From positions 4,092,001 through 4,156,000 of the forward strand of contig NC_089434.1 of the NCBI RefSeq assembly GCF_026210795.1: a stretch of DNA of 64,000 nt, written 5' to 3'. The translations under genes were made by a program, and so were the position numbers. The stretch is from Rhizophagus irregularis (taxonomy: Eukaryota). Below are positions 9,706 through 23,142 of this stretch, piece by piece; position 1 is the first letter of the stretch, and every line of letters starts with the position of its first letter. Under the pieces are notes generated by a model, which was not told where the DNA came from, did no database searches, and saw only the letters and a program-made list of their open reading frames with translations.

Positions 9706-10849
9706 ATTAGTTAATGTTGTTCGATAGACTTGAGGGAGTAGTAGTTTTGTATTTGTCAATTTGGATGTTTAAAGTTTCAATTTGCTTCTTTTTCTAAGCG
9801 TAGTAAGTCGATTTTGTAAATAAAATTTTGGTGGCAGTGGTTATATATAATTTCAAAACTTAAATTTTCAATGATTTTCTGCCAAGAGCTATGACTTGGC
9901 CTGATTCGCTTTTTTCGACGATTTTCTGCCAAAAGCACCCCGATCAAAGGAGTATAGGGTTCATTTTAAAAAAATAAATTCATCATAATAATATATTAGT
10001 TAAATAATAATAATCAAATAATTAAATTTAATTTAATAATTCTATTCTGTTCTATTTCTTTTTTTTTTATTCTTTATTTTGTTGTTTTATTATTTCTTTT
10101 TTTTAAGAAATAGGAGGCGGTCAATCTTGCCACGTGAATAAAGTTAGCCTAATAACCAAAAATATTAAAAATAAATTTTCTCCTTATCTATTGCCTATTG
10201 ATAGTCTCCCAAATATCTTACTATTTATTTTACTCAATTATTTATGAATTTTACCATATTTAGGATATCAAAATTTTTTTATACTCATTTAAATGTATGA
10301 TCTTAGTAGTTTTACGATACTAACAGCATTTTACATGAATATTACCTTAATAGTTCCTTACTGCGTTTTGATTTCAAAATTATTTGATTACAATTAAGAA
10401 ACATTCCCACAAATATGCATATTTCATTCACTTCGTGATTTCGAAGTTAGTTTTTCTTTGTGAATAGTTAAATACGATTTAAACAAAAATGCAGTTTACA
10501 CTCAACTATCATATAATTCATACCATATCAACAAATGAAAATATAATCTGTTAACTAGCAAAATATAACATAACCGATACATTACAAAGAAAGTTTTCAA
10601 GCATTTATTATTGATAATCAGATTTTCCTCTTATTTTTAAGAAATATGGTGTATATTCGTTAGATTAATGACACCAAAAACGGTTTAAAAAAGTGATAAC
10701 GTAAAAACGAAATGTATATTTGTGCTCATGTAATAAATGTCTAAAAAAGCACATTTTTATTTCATAAATCGGACAAAATGGTGCTTTTTTAGACGTTTTG
10801 TACACATAATCATAAATATGAAATGAATTAGGGTTAGGCTTTTAGGAGT

Positions 10850-10990
10850 ATCCGGACTTTTCGCTGAAGTCCAATTCACAGAAGCCCATTTTGCTGAAGC
10901 AAATTTCGCTGAAGGGATGTTTCACCGAAATGCCATTTTCCCGAATAGACATTTTACCGAAGGTCATTTCGCCAAAGCCATTCAGGCGAG
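10850..10990. repeat. Array of ~15-bp subrepeats (catttt/cgccgaa-like), probable solo transposon terminus
   Basis: ttttcgctgaag, ttttgctgaag, tttcaccgaaa, ttttcccgaat, ttttaccgaag at ~15-bp spacing; resembles the arms of the 38790-40157 element. Confidence 0.5.
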
Positions 10991-11267
10991 GAAACTGGAG
11001 TTTGAACCGGTTGCACAAACCGATTATAAATTCGGTTTCCAACAATGATTCGGTTTGAATCGGGTTCATATTTTTTTTTTTTTTATCACGTGATAATTTA
11101 TGATCGACATGAAAATTCCTAATTCGGAATTTGTTAAATTACGTTGACCCAGAATTATGAATTTGGCCGAAATTATGGGTTGCTTTGTAAAAATCGGGTT
11201 GAATCGGGTCAAACCGGTTGTACCCATTTTAATTTAGTTTGCGAAAATATAAAGCGCAGTATTATAA

Positions 11268-11574
11268 GGCCACACAAATTCGAATTTTCGGTTCACTTCA
11301 CCCGGCCGGGTCACTTTTTCAAATTTCAATAAAAAAAAGTTTATATATAAAAAATTTATCACGTGATCAGGACGTTTTTTTATTGGCGGGTAAGTTTATC
11401 ACGCGGCTGAGAACTTCTAGAGCGAAAATAAATTCCTCATTTTTAAAAGTCAACCAATCAGATGTCACGATTTTATATATAAACTTTTTTTACTAATAAA
11501 CAATAAACCCCGGGTCCCCGGGTCGATTTTAAATTTCAATGTTACGTGAACCGAAAAATTGAATTTGTGTGGCC
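11268..11574. mobile_element. 307-bp MITE with ~30-bp TIRs and TAA TSD (PIF/Harbinger- or Zator-like)
   Basis: GGCCACACAAATTCGAATTTTCGGTTCAC ... GTGAACCGAAAAATTGAATTTGTGTGGCC; TAA at 11265-11267 and 11575-11577. Confidence 0.85.
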
Positions 11575-12760
11575 TAATTAGTTTAAGTGTATAAAATTTC
11601 AAAGTATTTTTATTTATTGCGGTCCGGAATGGCGTTAAACTATCAACAATATCAACAATTGGGTTCCATAAAGGGTAACGCCCGTAATTGACGTTAATCT
11701 ATTCTTGTGTAAATGTGTTTATGTATTTTAATTTATATGTGTTATTTTAAGTTGGTTATAAAGACATAGGAAAAATATTATAAATAAGAAGCGAATTCTT
11801 TTTAGAAAATTATTTGTTTTGAACATGACCCCACGTAATTCCATACATACATACATAATTTCTTATTCGATTCTTTTGCTTTTTTTTATGATGAAAAATT
11901 GCCTCATTAATTATTTTAATTAATGATTTATAGATTAGATATAATGAGGGGAAACTATCGCATTTTTAATCTAGAATTTAAGAAATTATCTTTTTAGTTT
12001 AGAATTTGAGAAATTACATTTTTAGTTTAGGATTTAAGAAACTACCTTTTATAGTTTATTAGAGTTAGTTTATTATATTATATTGCAAGTGTAACTCGGT
12101 ATATATTAATATTTTGTTATTATAAACAAGAGATTTTGAAATCGAAGAAAAAGGAAAAATTAAATAAAGTTTAAGTTTCAATAAATAATAAACATTTTGA
12201 AACTTAAAAATTATTTATATTTGGATTTTTATTTGGTTATCAATTTTTTTTGAAGCGTTAATAATATGATATCTTCTATTGGATGTGTTTGTTACATTAT
12301 TTAAATTAAAGTATGACAACATTTTTTTTTCATAAATGAAATTTTCGTAGTGGATTGTTGAGAAAATTCAAGGTTTTGTTCTTTTAGTAATTTATTACTT
12401 AATTAAGAATTTCTTGAATATATCTGATATTACAATAGGAAATAATTTTCTTTTTACTTTTTGGCGTTGTCATGAGGGGGTTTTTTTTAAAGTTTTACAA
12501 TTTGGGAAGTCATAAGTAAAAACAAACAAATTCTTTCATTCTAAGTTTCATTTTATTGGTCGATCTTCAAATTTGTTTAAAATTTAATTTATTTATCCAA
12601 TAATAATAGAAATTCGGGATTCGGGATTCGGGTTCTCATCTTAAAATCTTTTTAAGAATATCTGAACAAAATTAATTGGTTATATTTAGTAGATACACTA
12701 GTTTCACTATGATATAATTACATATTTTAAGGAGTTATACAACCAATAAAATTTAATTAC

Positions 12761-15700
12761 AGGTCATTTTGGACCGCAGTAAATTTAAATATTATACTGC
12801 GCACAAAAAATTAACAATACTATACATATATATATGGATTATCTAATACAATTAAATTTCACTAAGTTAAATCTATGTAAAAAAATAAAGTAAAAGTTAT
12901 TAATCATTGATAGAGGAAAAGAGTATATGGATTAAATATCTTTGTATAGAAGATTAAAAACCACGTGATGTCCTTCTGCGGAACAAAAAAAATTTTTTAA
13001 TTTTACCTACAGCTTTTTGATGCATTTATTTATTTGTATATTTACATAAGCCACTTTTATAAATAAATTAATAAATTTTAATAAAAAATGTATTTATAAT
13101 ATAACTAAGGAAGTTAATATAGACTATATGATAATGCTATGTAGTACTGCGGATAATCATTATAAATATATTTAAATTGAGGGAACTTTTATGATAATTC
13201 TTAAAAAATTTTCAATTATTTGTATCAAGAAGCTTAATAACAAAAAAAGAGAATGATAATCTTTTTAAAAATAGAAAGTATAATAATAAAAGAAATTTTT
13301 CTTTAAGTACTGCGTAAAAAAAAAAAAATCTATAAAATCGCCTAAAATATTAATAATCGTTCAGATAATTTCAATTTTGAACTCTAGTAAAGCGCAAAAT
13401 TTCTGTATCGAAAAAAATTAAGCATTAGGAAATAAAACATATGAAAATCGTAAATCCCCGAATAAAATCAATATGATTTAAGGTCATTTTAGACCGCAGT
13501 AAATTTAATATAATACTGCGCTCAAAAATTAACAATACTATACATATATATATATATGGATTATCTGATATAATTAAATTTCACTAAGTTAAATCTATGT
13601 AAAAAAATAAATTAAAAGTTATTAATCATTGATAGAGGAAAAGAGTATATGGATTAAATATCTTTGTATAGAAGATTAAAACCCACGTGATTTACTTCTG
13701 GAACAAAAAAATTTTTTTTAATTTTACGCTACAACTTTTTGATGCTATTCATTTATTTGTACATTTGCATAAGCCACTTTAATAAATAAATCAATAAATT
13801 TTAATAAAAAATGTATTTATAATATAACTAAGGAAGTTAACATTAACTACATGATATTGCCATACAATGCTATGTAGTACTGCGGATAATCATTATAAAT
13901 ATATTTAAATTGAGTTTTTTAAAAATTTTCAATTATTTTTATTAAGATAACAAAAAAAGAGAATGATAATCTTTTTAAAAATAGAAAGTATAATAATAAA
14001 AGAAATTTTTCTTTAAGTACTGCGTAAAAAAAAAAAATCTATAAAATCGCCTAAAGTATTAATAATCGTTCAGATAATTTCAATTTTGAACTCTAATAAA
14101 GCGCAAAAATTTCTGTATCGAAAAAAATTAAGCATTAGGAAATAAAACATATGAAAATCGTAAATCCCCGAATAAAATCAATATGATTTAAGGTCATTTT
14201 AGACCGCAGTAAATTTAATATAATACTGCGCCCAAAAATTAACAATACTATACATATATATGTGTATTATCTGATATAATTAAATTTCACTAAGTTAAAT
14301 CTATGTAAAAAAATAAATTAAAAGTTATTAATCATTGATAGAGGAAAAGAGTATATGGATTAAATATCTTTGTATAGAAAATTAAAAACCACGTGATGTC
14401 CTTCTGCGGAACAAAAAAATTTTTTAATTTTACGCTACAACTTTTTGATGCCATTTATTTATTTGCATATTTGTATAAGCCACTTTAATAAATAAATTAA
14501 TAAATTTTAATAAAAAATGTATTTATAATATAACTAAGGAAGTTAACATTAACTACATGATATTGCCATACAATGCTATGTAGTACTGCGGATAACCATT
14601 ATAAATATATTTAAATTGAGGGAACTTTTATGATAATTCTTAAAAAATTTTCAATTATTTGTATCAAGAAGCTTAATAACAAAAAAAGAGAATGATAATC
14701 TTTTTAAAAATAGAAAGTATAATAATAAAAGAAATTTTTCTTTAAGTACTGCGTAAAAAAAAAAAAATCTATAAAATCGCCTAAAATATTAATAATCGTT
14801 CAGATAATTTCAATTTTGAACTCTAGTAAAGCGCAAAATTTCTGTATCGAAAAAAATTAAGCATTAGGAAATAAAACATATGAAAATCGTAAATCCCCGA
14901 ATAAAATCAATATGATTTAAGGTCATTTTAGACCGCAGTAAATTTAATATAATACTGCGCCCAAAAATTAACAATACTATACATATATATGTGTATTATC
15001 TGATATAATTAAATTTCACTAAGTTAAATCTATGTAAAAAAATAAATTAAAAGTTATTTAATTATTGATAGAGGAAAAGAGTATATGGATTAAATATCTT
15101 TGTATAGAAAATTAAAAACCACGTGATGTGCTTCTGCGGAACAAAAAAATTTTTTTAATTTTACAATACAACTTTTTGATGCCATTTATTTATTTGTATA
15201 TTTGCATAAGCCACTTTAATAAATTAATTAATAAATTTTAATATAAAATGTATTTATAATATAACTAAGGAAGTTAATATTGACTACACGATAATGCTAT
15301 GTAGTACTGCGGATAATCATTATAAATATATTTAAATTGAGGGAACTTTTATGATAATTCTTAAAAAATTTTCAATTATTTGTATTCAGAAGCTTAATAA
15401 CAAAAAAAAAGAATGATAATCTTTTTAAAAATAGAAAAAGAAATTTTGCTTTAAGTACTTGAGGACACTCAATTATTAATTCGTTCTTGCGTAAAAAAAA
15501 ATCTATAAAATCGCCTAAAATATTAATAATCGTCAGATAATTTCAATTTTGAACTCTAATAAATCGCAAAAATTTCTGTATCGAAAAAAAATCAAGCTGA
15601 AAATCGAATAAAATCACTATGAAAAACCGTTTAACCAATAGTTTAAGGTCATTTTAGACCGCAGTAAATTTAATATAATACTGCGCCCAAAACCTAACAA

Positions 15701-16875
15701 TACTGTACATATATATATATGTATTATCTGATAGAAATAAATTTCACTAAGCTAAATCTACGTAAAAAAAATAAATTAAAAGTTATTAATCATTGATAGA
15801 GGAAAAGAGTATATTGATTAAATATCTTTGTATAGAAGATTAAAAACCACGTGATGTGCTTCTGCGGAACAAAAAAATTTTTTTAATTTTACACTACAAC
15901 TTTTTGATGCCATTTATTTATTTGGATATTTGCATAAGCCACTTTAATAAATAAATTAATAAATTTTAATAAAAAATGTATTTATAATATAACTAAGGAA
16001 GTTAATATTGACTACATGATATTGCCATACAATGCTGCTATGTAGTACTGCGGATAATCATTATAAATATATTTAGATTGAGGGAACTTTTTTTTTTTTT
16101 ATGACAATTCTTAAAAATTTTCAATTATTTTTATTAAGAAGCTTAATAACAAAAAAGAATCTTTTTAAAAATAGAAAATAATAATAAAAGAATTTTTGCT
16201 TTAAGTACTTAAGGACACTCACTTATTAATTCGTTCATATCGAGGAAATAAAACTCGATAAATTTAATGTTTTTTCACGGGATAAAGTTGCAAATGATTC
16301 TAATTGACTTACAACAACTAACCATTTTAAATTTTATACACTTAAATTAAAATATAATACTGCGCCCAAAAATTAACAATACTGTATATATATATATGTA
16401 TTATCTGATACAAATAAATTTCACTAAGTTAAATCTACTACATAAAAAAATAAATTAAAAGTTATTAATCATTGATAGAGGAAAAGAGTATATGGATTCA
16501 ATATCTTTGTGTAGAAGATGAAAAACCACATGATGTGCTTCTACGGAACAAAAAAAAATTTTAAAATTTTACGCTACAACTTTTTGATGCCATTTATTTA
16601 TTTTCATATTTGCATAAGCCATTTTAATAAATAAATTAATAGAATCAATTTTTGAATGTATTTACCGCAGTCCCCTAATTAATCAATATGAAAAGCCATT
16701 TAACCAATAGTTTAAGGTCATTTCGGACCGCAGTAAATTTAAATTTACACTTAAATTAAATTATAATGATATTGCGCCAAAAATTTAACAATACTGTACA
16801 TATATATATATGATACAGTTAAATTTCACTAATAAGTTAAATCTACGTAAAAAATAAATTAAAATTTATTAATAT
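12761..16875. repeat. Tandem satellite, ~720-bp unit, ~5.5-6 copies
   Basis: aggtcattt(t/c)(a/g)gaccgcagtaaattt recurs at 12761, 13481, 14191, 14920, 15646 and 16715, with a degenerate start near 16320; unit interiors near-identical. Confidence 0.95.
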
Positions 16876-17029
16876 TGATTACATATAAATTATAAATGAT
16901 ATAATAAAAAATAAGTAATTAAGATAATAATAAATTAATTAAAATATAAATATAACAGATAAGAAATAAAATATTTATTCAATATCTCTATCTCTCGTGA
17001 GATTTTTTTTCTTTTATTTTCATTTTGAT

Positions 17030-18863
17030 GAGTACGACTGATGCATGAAGCCATTTAAAGTATGAACGACTGAAAGTTTTGTTCTGGATATTAGTGATTT
17101 CTTTGAAATATCATCCTTGTAATGCATGATAAATATCATAGCCCGTAATACTACTTTCTACTTAATTTTCTAGTATGCAATTAATTTTTCTTTTGAGTAT
17201 CAAAATCTAATACAATAAATTTGATGTTGTCTATTAGAGAATTGAAATATCGTTCGTAACCCTATACTGAATGACTGAATGGTATAAAAGTTAAAGAAAA
17301 TGCATTGCTAATATGGAAAACCCAATAATCTGAAATATCAACTGTATTGTATGATGTGATTTATATAATTTATATAAATATAAAAATTATTCTACACATA
17401 GAAAGAATTATTTCTTTTTGTTAAATGAGATAATATGACTTTAAGTTAATTGCTTTAGTATAATTAATTTAATTTATGATAAAATAATCCTGAAAAAAAC
17501 CATTATTCATATAAATAGGAATTTCGATCGTGTAAACTCCAACGTTAATATTTCAAATCACAGACTAAACTTAATTGTTAGAGTTTCTAATATTTACTAA
17601 GTGTTTGAACAAAAGTTTAAAATAATAAAATTTTTTAAATTACGAATGTAACCCTATTTACTATCCTAGCCTTAATGTTGAGATAATTTGATAATTTTTA
17701 TCATGTTTTCATTTATAATAATAAATTATATACCCCTTTGTTCCTCTATTTTTAGTCGAATCAAAAAAATTTATAAATTACTAGTTCACAATTTTTAAAT
17801 ATAACAATTCACAAAGAATATGATTTAGTACCTTCTGTCGCATTTTTAGGTTTTAATGATGATAAATGTTCAAAGTTTTAAATTTTACTTGTAATCAGTC
17901 GGCTTCCAAACTTTTACTTTTGTTTGACTGAAAAACTGATACAAATTAATATTGTACTACTTATGAAATGGTTCATTATATAGTTTATTTGAACCGTCTT
18001 GATAATATAAATTTCTCATTTCAAATATTTTATTATAAAGACGATCTATGTCAGGTCTTTCTGATGGACAACATTATTCCATTAAATTACTATATTCTAA
18101 GGGTGTGTCTGATAAAATTTTTGGTCTCATCCCATTAACTATTTTCATCGCCAAATCACAATTATGGTCATGATTAATAAACGCTGGTTGTCCAGATGAA
18201 ATTTCCCACATAAGAATTGCAATAACTATAAATATCAGATGCAAGAGTATATTCTCTTTCAACCATAACTTCGTACGCTATGAAAGGAAGATTTCCATAT
18301 GCTTTTTAGTGGTTCATCAGCCGGTCCTGAAAATCCAAAATCAGAAATGCACCATAAATTTTCTAGAATCCCACTTATCATATGGTCCATCAGTCCATTA
18401 GTTTTGCCGTATAAATCTCAGAGAATTCGCCTTTAGTTAAGTACTCAATATTTTGAAAATTATTATATGATATCCATTCAATTATCCTAGTTGGAGCAAC
18501 TGATTCCATTTGACAATTACGTATTAAATTGTCTAAATCATCATGTTCAGATGTTCAATTTGAAAAATATGCTTTTAAATAATTCGAATACATATTTCAC
18601 AATAAAATGTGGCTAAACATTTACATAGACAATTTTCACAAATTCTTCTTCCGCCTTCGTTCTTAATAATTTTAAAAGAGTCATAACTCCCGGTTATTAT
18701 TCTTGCTGTTTCTGCTTTGTCATCTTTTGTAATAGAATTATCAGCAAAAATCATTCCATTTAATAATTTCTGTTGAGTCGTAATTAAGATTAGGATTCTT
18801 ATCCGCTTCGCTAAAAGCTTCTTGAATTGCCGCATAAACTAATTTTTTACGAATAGCAGCCAT
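17030..18863 (-). pseudogene. Tyrosine-kinase-like (TKL) protein kinase pseudogene of the expanded Glomeromycotina type
   Basis: ATG 18863 MAAIRKKLVYAAIQEAF; CENCLCKCLATFYCEIC; ISDFGFSGPADEPLKSIYGNLPFIAYEV; MWEISSGQPAF...IVNGMRPKI; stops, frameshifts and loss of the VALK/HRD region; 3' limit approximate. Confidence 0.88.
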
Positions 18864-20197
18864 GAAGGGTATAAAAAAAAAACTTTTAGATAATTTGGGT
18901 GAATACTTAGGAAAATCAAAAAAATTTTAAAATTTATTAAAAAAAAGAATAACTGATAAAAATTCCACCATATCCTTCCGAAATTAAGCACACATTTTTA
19001 TATAATTCTGGCAAAGTTATTATAATTTTCGGTATAATCCAGGCCGGAGATCAAGATGCTTATTTATGGAAGTTTTAAATTTCAGAAGAAAATAACCAGG
19101 ATCCTGTGACTCAATTTTTATTTACGTGGCTAAGAATTAGTGGTCGATTAATTTATTATACGCCAATAATTCGTTGAAACAAAAATTAATTTTATTTTGT
19201 AATAGTATCTTTAAATATATCCCGATAAGTTTCTATCAATAAAGAAAAAAAAAATTTTTTGGTACAATTTATAACAGACGAGCTTTAAATTTTTTTGGGG
19301 CAAACGTGAGAATCAAAAACAAAGATCCGATCTTATGTTATTTTTAACGTATGAAAATACAGGCATGTAACGACCGACACACCTCTGTAGTCATTTTATT
19401 TGTCTACAATTATTTTTTGATGTGCGCAGTAAAATTTTTCTTTAACACATTAATTAGGTTATACAAAAAATTATATTTTAGTATAATTTTTTAAAAAACC
19501 GCGAGTTACTAAAATGGAAGGTTTTAACCGAAAATAGAAGGAATGACCACGATCATTTGTTTTCTTCGGGTCGCAATACATTTTTACATAATCCTATTTA
19601 CCATTAGAAGGAATTTTTTTCAAATTTAATTAATATACAAAAATTAGAATTATGTAATAGCACATGGAAAATAGATTTAATTGCCGAACGATACAAAGTG
19701 ATCGGCAATCTATAATTAATTTCGACGGACTTTATATATTAACAAGTTTTAATAATTTAAAATAAATCTCATTTTCTTTTTTTTCTTTCATCATCAATAT
19801 AAAAAAACTCGCTCAATATTGTTATACAAACAGAAAAATCTAATATATATTAGTAAGTCAATGAGTCATGACTAATCGTTAATTATAGTTACTTATTTGA
19901 AGAAACATTACTCATATTACATAAATATACTCCCAAAAAACTATACAAGTCCTTTATTCTGCAAGTAGGATTTTTTTTCACTCTAGTATATTTTACTCAA
20001 TATTTTACTTTTTTTTTACTTTTTTAAAAAAACATTTTTCGCGATATTTTTACTTTACTTTTTTACAATATTTTTTTTATTTTATTTTTTTTTTGCAATA
20101 TTTTACACGATATTTTTGCTTTTTTTTATATTTTTATTTTTTTTGCAATATTTTACACGATATTTTTAAATATTTTTTTTTTTTGCAATATTTTACA

Positions 20198-20231
<34 letters not shown>

Positions 20232-21400
20232 CTTTTTTTTGCAATATTTTACAATATTTTCGCCATATATTTTTTACAATATTTCACTTCGTTTTTATAG
20301 GGTTTATATATTATTTACTTTACAACAAAAAAAAGAGAGAAATACTTTCAAGCTGCAGATGCCATTGATGATCCTAGTATATTAAGGTATATCATTGATA
20401 TGTTGTGAGGGTTCGAAAGGCAATATTCAAGTGCTTCTTATCGGGGCTTAGCTGTACTTGACTAGATGGTGAATTTTAAAATCAAATATTTTGGGTTTCA
20501 AATTTCAATATTAAAGGTATGTCGAACTGTTTTCGTAAAGCTAAAGAGAGTGGGCTTTGCCTGCGTTACCCTCGTTTCTGGTGATATATATATATATATG
20601 GTGAACAAGTGGATGCAATGATCAAGGAAGTTATGGCAACCTTGTGAGCTGGCAGGTCTATCTATGATAACTCTGTTAACTGACGGACCTGGCTGAGATA
20701 CGAATAAGATCTTCTCAGTGTCTAGGAGAGATGTCAGTGAAAGAACACAATAACCTAAAGCTGTGTTTTTGTAAGTTCTTTCAAACAGATACTTGTAGCT
20801 TACTGCTACTTGATACTTTAGAGGGATACTGCCTCACGTCACCTACCAGATGGCGGGACGAAATTCTTAAGTAGAGTACTTAGTGAAAGCTAACCATCCC
20901 TTTAATTTATAGATGCCTTGCAAGAAATTTGTAAGAACAACATTTAGTTATAACGAAGAGTAGGATACCATGCCAACCAAATCATTCATATTTTTTGGTT
21001 CAATAGTACAGTACCTTTCTTTATTTAGATCAACTGCATATTTTGCAGAGTCTATGAACATGTTACCATCACTTTTTTCGTTACTATTTTGATATAATAC
21101 AGAGTTGAAAATATAATTTTATCAATGTTATAGGATATGTTGGTGACTCTTTCAGAGAACACAAATATGACTTCAGAATAGTGAAGGTTTAGTGAAAATT
21201 AAGAGACTTTGCTTTTATCCATTTGTAATTTTTATTTTTACAAGTTTATATAGCATAAAAAATGATATTATCACTAGACGATCATTCTTATTTTAATAAC
21301 ATACAGGGTTACCAACATATTTATTCCGTAGGAAAAATCTGAAAATATATATTTTTTTATATAAAAAAAAAGAAATAAAAGAAATCTTGTAAGTTCCATT

Positions 21401-21710
21401 ATGTCTATTAGACAAGAATCAATTATTTCTGCAGTTGATAGAGCAAATGATATATTAAATTTTAATATTCACAATACAAATAATTCAATGTGAATTGGTA
21501 AATAAGATAATAAACGATAATAAATCTCTTACAAAAGCTGAAAAAAAAGATGATCATTGTAAAATTGTTTATAATGAAGGAACAAGAATTTGTGAAAATT
21601 GTCAAGAGGATGTTTAGCAACATTATACTGTGAAATTTGTATTCAAAATAATTTAAATCTAAATTTTTAGTATGGACATCTTGAAATGATAATACTGATA
21701 ATTTAATTAT
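21401..21710 (+). pseudogene. N-terminal fragment of a second kinase of the same family
   Basis: MSIRQESIISAVDRANDILNFNIHN; NEGTRICENCQE/CLATLYCEICIQ; WTS*NDNTDNLI; frameshifted and truncated at ~21710. Confidence 0.75.
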
Positions 21711-22420
21711 CGCAAATTTGAAATCTGCGTTTCCCATAGATAAAGTCGATCAATTTTTAACAAATCACTTGAAATTTTTATTGAAAGAACTTTGAGATTT
21801 GATTTTTTTATCCAAATGTTTAATGTGATTCTTATAAAACTCAAAATTTTAAAAATCCATCTATAAATTGAACAAGTCAAAATTGCATATGAAATCTACG
21901 TTTCCCCCATAGATAAGTCGATCAATTTTTAATCAAATTACTTAAAATTTTTGTTAAAAAAACCTTGAGATTATATTTTTTTTTATTCAAGTAATTAACA
22001 TTAATACTATAAACTTAAAAGTTTACAAAAAATTTCTAAACATTGCCAATTAGTCAAAATTTGGCAATATTTTGAATAAATTTGCGCCACTTTTTTTTCT
22101 GCCTTATAAGTACCGGCTAGAAGCCTCAAATTTTATATTTACATACTTTTACATATGTATTAATATGTTCTTTAAAAAAAATTAATTGAAAAAATACGGA
22201 TTTTTTTTTATATTTGATTTAATGACTTCAAAACCTGCAAAAACAAGCAATTATTGATTTTTTTTTGCGATTTTTTTCAAATTTTTCAGTTTTTTAATAA
22301 GTTAAATAATTCCGCGAAAATAAATTTTGATGCTTTAAAATGAACTGCGCCGCATTATTAATTACCTAATGAAATTAGCTAAATACAATATGTAAATAAA
22401 AAAGCCAAATAATACCATTT

Positions 22421-22491
22421 TGCATGCTCCGAGAATCGAACTCGGGTCTCACGCGTGGCAGGCGTGAATTATACCACTAAACCAAGCATGC
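22421..22491 (-). tRNA. tRNA-Gly (GCC)
   Basis: Reverse complement GCATGCTTGGTTTAGTGGTATAATTCACGCCTGCCACGCGTGAGACCCGAGTTCGATTCTCGGAGCATGCA: acceptor stem, D arm, CACGC/GCGTG anticodon stem with GCC, TTCGA T loop. Confidence 0.97.
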
Positions 22492-22789
22492 TAGATTATG
22501 AAATATTCGCAAATTCAATTTCTAATAATTATTATAACCTCTAACTAGAAGGCTATATACAATCTATCTTAGATTAATATACATTATTCAGTTATGTAGT
22601 TTACTTCCAATGTGTAAATAATTTGAAATAATAACGTATTTTATCAACTTTTTTAATAATAAGACTAATAGAAATGACTTCCCTACAACTAAATATGTAA
22701 GTAAAGGCCCAAAAAAAAAAAAATTTTAATATTTTTTTTTTAATATTAATCAATTAACAATTACTAGTTACTCGGTTAAAATTTTTTTG

Positions 22790-23142
22790 ATTTTTTGCAT
22801 ATTTGAAGATGTTAAATGTTGCATTATTAATGATGAAAAAATTGAAAATAATTTATTATCATATACAGATAATAATAAAGAAAATTATCATAAAGATTTA
22901 AATATAATAGATGAATCAACTGAAGGAGATATGGAGTTATTTGATGACTTGATTGATACAACTGAAAAGGCACTTACTCTCCTAAAGGAAAATCAGCTGG
23001 TAATATTAAGTGGTGTAAAAGTGCAATGAAATCCTTTAATGGTATTATTAAATTAGTTAAAGAAGTTGAACAATATCAAAAAAAGAGAACTATGCCATTA
23101 ACATGGAAAGATCATACAAATAGCACTCGTTATTTGCATTAA
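22790..23142 (+). pseudogene. C-terminal fragment of a probable DNA-transposon protein (MULE/SWIM-like, tentative)
   Basis: Frameshifted reading ...KSFNGIIKLVKEVEQYQKKRTMPLTWKDHTNSTRYLH*; family recalled from resemblance only, no catalytic motif present. Confidence 0.3.

Noticed and set aside
10842..11496. Three short ORFs
   Set aside because: They overlap TIR subrepeats and a MITE and have no coding signature.
19980..20340. ORF 20093-20368
   Set aside because: It consists of T-rich short repeats (tttgcaatattttacacga) and a (TA)n microsatellite and is not credible as a protein.
21462..21737. Minus-strand 91-aa ORF
   Set aside because: It is the antisense shadow of the plus-strand kinase fragment.
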